Shown here piece by piece: positions 37,550-42,084 of a stretch of 42,084 bases of DNA. This DNA comes from Gammaproteobacteria bacterium (GTDB lineage: Bacteria; Pseudomonadota; Gammaproteobacteria; UBA1113). The stretch spans positions 1 to 42,084 of the forward strand of contig VFKP01000008.1 of assembly GCA_009885495.1 (NCBI GenBank), given 5' to 3'. Numbering within the stretch: the first letter of the stretch is position 1; each line of letters opens with the position of its first letter. The translations under genes and the position numbers were made by a program. Below the pieces are notes generated by a model. That model saw only the letters and a program-made list of their open reading frames with translations. It did no database searches and was not told where the DNA came from.

Positions 37550-38736
37550 AGGACACCCAACTGTTGAGCTACTTTCTTAAAGGCAGCAACAGCCTGTTTA
37601 ATTTGCGCTGGCGTATGAGCTGCAGATAATTGCACGCGGATCCTGGCTTTTTCTTTAGGCACCACTGGATAAGAAAAAGCAATCACGTAAATCCCCTCTT
37701 GCAATAAACCTTCCGCCATTTTGCTCGCTACTTTAGCATCATATAACATCACTGGCACAATAGGATGTTCTCCAGGGATAATGTCAAATCCAGCAGCCGT
37801 CATCTGTGTGCGAAAATACTGAGTATTTTCAGCTAAGGTTTGACGTAACTGTGGTTCTTGTTTTAATAACTCTAAAACTTCAAGAGAGGTGGCGGCAATC
37901 ACAGGGGCTAAAGTATTGGAGAACAAATACGGCCGTGAGCGATTGCGTAGCCAATCGACTATTTCTTTGCTGGCACTGGTATAACCCCCCGAAGCGCCGC
38001 CCAAGGCTTTACCCAAAGTGCCGGTGATAATGTCCACCCGATCCATAACGCCGCAATATTCTGGCGTGCCACGCCCCTGTGCACCCATAAATCCCACGGC
38101 ATGTGAATCATCCACCATGACATAGGCTTCATAACGATCCGCTAGATCGCAAATGCCTTTAAGATTAGCAATCACTCCATCCATGGAAAACACGCCATCG
38201 GTGGCAATCAAACGAAAACGAGCGTTTTGAGCTTGTTTCAATTGTGCCTCTAAATCAGCCATATTATTGTTTTCATAACGAAAGCGCTGTGCTTTACACA
38301 AGCGAATACCATCGATGATGCTGGCATGATTTAAGGCATCGCTGATGATGGCATCTTCTTCGCCTAAGAGTGTTTCAAATAAACCGCCATTGGCATCGAA
38401 ACAAGAAGAATACAAAATAGTATCTGGCATCCCCAGAAATTCAGAAATTTTCTGTTCCAACTGTTTGTGGACCGTTTGTGTTCCACAAATAAAACGCACC
38501 GAGCTCAAGCCATAGCCATATTCGTCCAAAGCTTTTTGCCCTGCTTTGATCAAGCGAGGATGATCCGCTAAGCCCAAATAATTATTCGCGCAGAAATTAA
38601 GCACGTTCTGCCCACCGCTGACTCGAATCTCCGCATTCTGCGGCGTTTGAATAATGCGCTCGGCCTTATAAAGGCCATTTTCTTTTAAGTTAGCCAGTTC
38701 GGCCGTCAAAAAATTTTTAAGGGATTCTTTTTTCAT
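37546..38736 (-). CDS. kbl: 2-amino-3-ketobutyrate CoA ligase (glycine C-acetyltransferase)
   Basis: Alpha-oxoamine synthase fold, DDSHAVG, PLP-Lys context [10 protein letters not shown]. Confidence 0.95.
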   Translation of the reverse strand: MKKESLKNFLTAELANLKENGLYKAERIIQTPQNAEIRVSGGQNVLNFCANNYLGLADHPRLIKAGQKALDEYGYGLSSVRFICGTQTVHKQLEQKISEFLGMPDTILYSSCFDANGGLFETLLGEEDAIISDALNHASIIDGIRLCKAQRFRYENNNMADLEAQLKQAQNARFRLIATDGVFSMDGVIANLKGICDLADRYEAYVMVDDSHAVGFMGAQGRGTPEYCGVMDRVDIITGTLGKALGGASGGYTSASKEIVDWLRNRSRPYLFSNTLAPVIAATSLEVLELLKQEPQLRQTLAENTQYFRTQMTAAGFDIIPGEHPIVPVMLYDAKVASKMAEGLLQEGIYVIAFSYPVVPKEKARIRVQLSAAHTPAQIKQAVAAFKKVAQQLGVL

Positions 38737-38830
38737 ATTTTAACCCATTTCCTCTTCATCTGCTATGCTGTATTTAGTACTGCGATCAATACGATGGGGT
38801 GAGTATATCACCCCTGTAAAAGGAAGAGCT

Positions 38831-39973
38831 ATGAGTATCAAACATTATTTGAAAATAATGAAAGCTGAACAGGCTTCCGATTTGTTTCTAACGGTCGGGA
38901 AAACGGCCTGTATGAAATGCTTCGGCCGCATCAAACCCATCGGTGAATTGCTGATCACTTCCGAAAAAGTCAAAGAATTGGCCCATGAAATTTTAGGCAA
39001 TGATGAAAAAATACGCGCCTTCGATCACACCTTAGAGGCCAATCTAGCCATTTCCGATCCTGAGATCGGGCGTTTTAGGGTCAACATCTATCAACAAAGC
39101 AATGAAGTGGCCATTGTGATCCGCAGTATTACCACACAGATCCCCAGTTTAGAAAGTTTAGGCTTGCCGCCCTTATTACAAGAAGTGGTCATGGCCAAAC
39201 GAGGTTTGATTTTGGTGGTGGGTGCGACTTCTTCGGGTAAATCAACGACCCTAGCTTCCATGATTGATTATCGCAATAAAAATCACGACGGGCATATCAT
39301 GACCATCGAAGAGCCAATCGAATTTGTTTATCAACACGCCAAATCCATTGTCAGCCAACGCGAGGTCGGTGTCGATACCTTAAGTTTTTCAGCGGCTTTA
39401 AAAAACGCTTTGCGCCAAGCACCTGATATGATTTTAATTGGTGAAATCCGTGAAAAAGAAACCATGGAATACGCCATTAATTTTGCCGAAACCGGGCATT
39501 TGTGTTTAGCCACCTTACACGCTAATAATGCCAACCAAGCACTAGAACGCGTCATTAATTTTTTCCCACATGGTGAACGTTATGCTGTTCTATACGATCT
39601 GTCTTTAAATTTAAACGCCATTATTTCTTTACGCCTGATTCCGGGTATAGAAGAGAATACGCGTGTAGCCGCTGTTGAAATCCTGCTGGCATCCCCCCTG
39701 GTTAAAGATTTTATCGGTAAGGGCGAAGTGGCCATGATAAAAGAGATCATGGAAAAATCTGAGAATTTAGGCATGCAAACCTTCGACAGCGCCTTATTTC
39801 AGCATTATAAAAATAATGCCATCACTTTAGATGAAGCGTTAAAAAATGCTGATTCCGCTAATAACCTACGCTTACGTATTCAATTGAGTGAAGGCACTGA
39901 TATGAATTCGGCCAGCGAGCATTTAAAATTATTAGATGAAAATCCCCCAGAAGAAGAGCCCCCCATCTCCTAG
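38831..39973 (+). CDS. pilU: Type IV pilus retraction ATPase, PilU type
   Basis: Walker A GATSSGKST. AETGHLCLATLHANNANQALERVINFFP is the PilU-type signature. AGGAAG SD before ATG 38831. Acidic, Pro-rich C-terminal tail. Confidence 0.85.
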   Translation: MSIKHYLKIMKAEQASDLFLTVGKTACMKCFGRIKPIGELLITSEKVKELAHEILGNDEKIRAFDHTLEANLAISDPEIGRFRVNIYQQSNEVAIVIRSITTQIPSLESLGLPPLLQEVVMAKRGLILVVGATSSGKSTTLASMIDYRNKNHDGHIMTIEEPIEFVYQHAKSIVSQREVGVDTLSFSAALKNALRQAPDMILIGEIREKETMEYAINFAETGHLCLATLHANNANQALERVINFFPHGERYAVLYDLSLNLNAIISLRLIPGIEENTRVAAVEILLASPLVKDFIGKGEVAMIKEIMEKSENLGMQTFDSALFQHYKNNAITLDEALKNADSANNLRLRIQLSEGTDMNSASEHLKLLDENPPEEEPPIS

Positions 39974-40028
39974 AGGATGGCTTTCCGATCTGAGGAGTTA
40001 CCCTTTTTTATAGTATAACCCCCTACGC

Positions 40029-41747
40029 TTAAGCAGAATAATAGCCTTTGCCCGAAGTAGCAAACTGAGCTGCATTAGGAGCAGCTCTTGCTCTTGGACT
40101 CTCGAAAAACGAAGATATTGGCTGTATTGCTCTTCTTTTCCTGGCAGGACCGGCTTCTTGTCCAGAGTCATTGCCCTCGGCCCGTTTGCGCTTTGGCATA
40201 CTGACTGGCGAATATAAAAAAAGGAGGTTTTCCTTTTCAGGTTCAGGAACAAGTGCTTTAACGCTACGCTGCTTGGAGTCTAGAAGATCACAGCGAGCAC
40301 CAGCATTAACCAGCGCTTTCATTATCTCTCTTATTTCTTCTTTCTTCTTTGGCATGTAGTACGCCTGCAAATAATTTTTCATTACAATATGCAGTGCCGT
40401 TTTTGCATTCGATTGATCTCTGATCTCATCGGGATTGGCATCAGCGGCCAATAAAAATTTTACCATTTCTACATTTCGATATTCAATGGCATAAGTTAAA
40501 GCAGTTTTCCCTTCCTTGTCGATAATATTGGGGTTGGCCCCCGCCGCCAACAATATTCCGATTAGATCGCTACGGTTGTTCTCAGCGGCATGATGAAGAG
40601 GCGTGCAACCCTCTTCATCTTGTAGATCTATCTCATCTTTAACTCCAGGCTCAGCTAAAAGCAGTTGAGTAATCTCCGCTAGATCTTGACTGACGGCATA
40701 CTGTAACAGAGTAATGCTAGCAGAATCACCGCACTTTAATAGCAGCGCGACCATATCACAAGAATCATTTACGCATGCTAAATACAGAGCATAAGGGGGC
40801 AACTGTAAATTATCAAAATCATCATAATCATCATCTATTAGCGATGGAGTAGAGAAGAGATACTCACGCTGCTTATCATTACACGCCTGCAGAATTATCT
40901 CAACATTATCAACATTATCATTTTCAACCTGAGACATAAAGAGATAGTGACGCTGCTCATCATTACACGCCTTCAGAATTCTGCGAACATTCTTAACATT
41001 ATCATTTTCAACCTGAGACATAAAGAGAGCCAGAAGCTGCTCATCATTACACGCATTCAGAATTATCGGAACATTCTTAAGATCACCACTTTTACCCTGA
41101 TCGATAAAGAAACTTTCGAGCTGAGACTTCTCCATTGTCCTAAAAACAGATTGAATTATTGGAATATCCTTCGTTTCAATCGTATCCACTACCAGGTTTA
41201 AACGCTGTCTCTCATTCAATAAATTTATCATCGTTTTGCCCACGTCTTGACTAGATTCTTGAATAGCGGTTATGAAGACTCCCTGAAGACCCAAATTAAA
41301 AACACCTTGTATAAACCGTTCAATTTTCAAATTCTTCTCAGGCAACGGAACATTGGCCTGACCCGCCACAAAATTCTTATTTATACTCTCTGTCCACAAG
41401 TTCTTGAGCTCATTGTCCCTCAGCACACAAATGGCAACTTGAATTACTCCGAGGTCCAATTGGTTAAGCGTCTTGGCCAAAAGGTTTCTGCGCTGTTGTA
41501 AATTACTCACGACTTTAATAGCTCGAATACACGCCCAATGCTTATCATCAACAAGCTCAGCAATCTTTCTATAGAATTGAAGGCGTTTAACATCGTCACA
41601 CATTCCCCAAATGAATCTAATGGTATCCCCGTGCAAGGATTGAACCGCGAATTCAAATTCATTAAATAGCCCTTCTAGATCAAGGTCTCTTTGTATTTGT
41701 CTTTGTATTTCTATTCTTATTGCTGTTTCCTGTGAAAAATCAGTCAT
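40029..41747 (-). CDS. Ankyrin-repeat protein with 28-aa tandem repeats and a basic NLS-like C-terminal region; candidate secreted effector
   Basis: ANK consensus GCTPLHHAAENNRSDLIGILLAAGANPNIIDKEGKTALTYAIEYRNVEMVKFLLAADANPD. PKRKR-X13-RKRR near the C-terminus. Confidence 0.85.
   Translation of the reverse strand: MTDFSQETAIRIEIQRQIQRDLDLEGLFNEFEFAVQSLHGDTIRFIWGMCDDVKRLQFYRKIAELVDDKHWACIRAIKVVSNLQQRRNLLAKTLNQLDLGVIQVAICVLRDNELKNLWTESINKNFVAGQANVPLPEKNLKIERFIQGVFNLGLQGVFITAIQESSQDVGKTMINLLNERQRLNLVVDTIETKDIPIIQSVFRTMEKSQLESFFIDQGKSGDLKNVPIILNACNDEQLLALFMSQVENDNVKNVRRILKACNDEQRHYLFMSQVENDNVDNVEIILQACNDKQREYLFSTPSLIDDDYDDFDNLQLPPYALYLACVNDSCDMVALLLKCGDSASITLLQYAVSQDLAEITQLLLAEPGVKDEIDLQDEEGCTPLHHAAENNRSDLIGILLAAGANPNIIDKEGKTALTYAIEYRNVEMVKFLLAADANPDEIRDQSNAKTALHIVMKNYLQAYYMPKKKEEIREIMKALVNAGARCDLLDSKQRSVKALVPEPEKENLLFLYSPVSMPKRKRAEGNDSGQEAGPARKRRAIQPISSFFESPRARAAPNAAQFATSGKGYYSA
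40869..41120. repeat. 3 x 84-bp in-frame tandem repeat inside the ankyrin gene
   Basis: Units start at 40869, 40953 and 41037 (CTGCT[TC]ATCATTACACGC...). They encode ILxACNDEQxxxLFMSQVENDNVxNV. Confidence 0.9.
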
Positions 41748-41801
41748 TATTTAAGCCTCTCTCTATTTTTATCATCGCTGTATCTATCCTATATTTTATA
41801 T

Positions 41802-41944
41802 GTATCCCTTTCAAATCCCAGGGTCAGTTGAATTTTAACTGGGTTTGTACCCTTTGCGTAGGGGCAATTCGTCAATTGCTCCTACATTGGGCCTGCACAG
41901 CTTTGAAGGGCTAGGCCCTTCACCCCACAAATTGAAAGGGATAC
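41802..41944. repeat. MITE-like unit bounded by imperfect terminal inverted repeats (GTATCCCTTTCAAAT... / ...CAAATTGAAAGGGATAC)
   Basis: Left end 41802..41824. The inverted partial copy is at 41928..41944. A second direct copy of the 23-mer is at 41978..42000. Internal palindrome GTAGGGGCAATTCG/TCAATTGCTCCTAC. Confidence 0.5.
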
Positions 41945-42084
41945 CATTATATTGTATCTAATTCGAACCAAAAAAGTGTATCCCTTTCAAATCCCAGGGT
42001 AACCGACCGTGTGGCTATGTATAAGCACAACCCATCCCAATCCTCTCATTTCAGAATCTAAAAAATAGTTCAAAAAAAGTGAAA

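Noticed and set aside
41802-42000. Two identical 23-24-bp repeats considered as a possible CRISPR array.
   Set aside because: There are only two direct copies, spaced 176 bp apart, plus an inverted partial copy. The spacing is far larger than a CRISPR spacer, and there are no cas genes in the window.

Overview
The window looks like core chromosome from a gammaproteobacterium. It contains a run of classic gammaproteobacterial operons: sdhCDAB-sucAB(C), prfB(+1 frameshift)-lysS, hemA-prfA-prmC, rplM-rpsI, ftsH-folP-glmM, kbl-tdh, gltA, and a putative 6S RNA directly upstream of a 5-formyl-THF cyclo-ligase gene. A Pseudomonas-like waaF-waaC-(waaG')waaP plus three-kinase LPS inner-core operon is also present.

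An ankyrin-repeat protein with an NLS-like tail suggests a host-associated lineage, possibly Legionellales or Coxiellaceae-like. That assignment is inference only.

I found no tRNA or rRNA gene, CRISPR array, transposase, integrase or recognisable defence or toxin system. I also see no convincing novel multi-gene system.

The noteworthy material sits in small accessory pockets and non-coding structure:
- a WaaG-N-domain::WaaP fusion, and a kinase paralog with a substituted catalytic Asp;
- a decayed segmental duplication of a nucleosidase / CoA-transferase module around 29.9-33.05 kb, enclosing a GC-rich structured inverted-repeat element;
- a family of GC-rich REP-like palindromes in five or more intergenic regions, one pair forming a MITE-like structure;
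- an identical 20-nt terminator hairpin at two loci;
- a Met/Gln-rich secreted repeat protein;
- the ankyrin protein, which carries 3 x 84-bp tandem repeats and has 24-bp direct repeats upstream.

Many ORF-track starts are over-extended. I re-set them using conserved N-termini, Shine-Dalgarno (SD) sequences and ATGA/TAATG overlaps.
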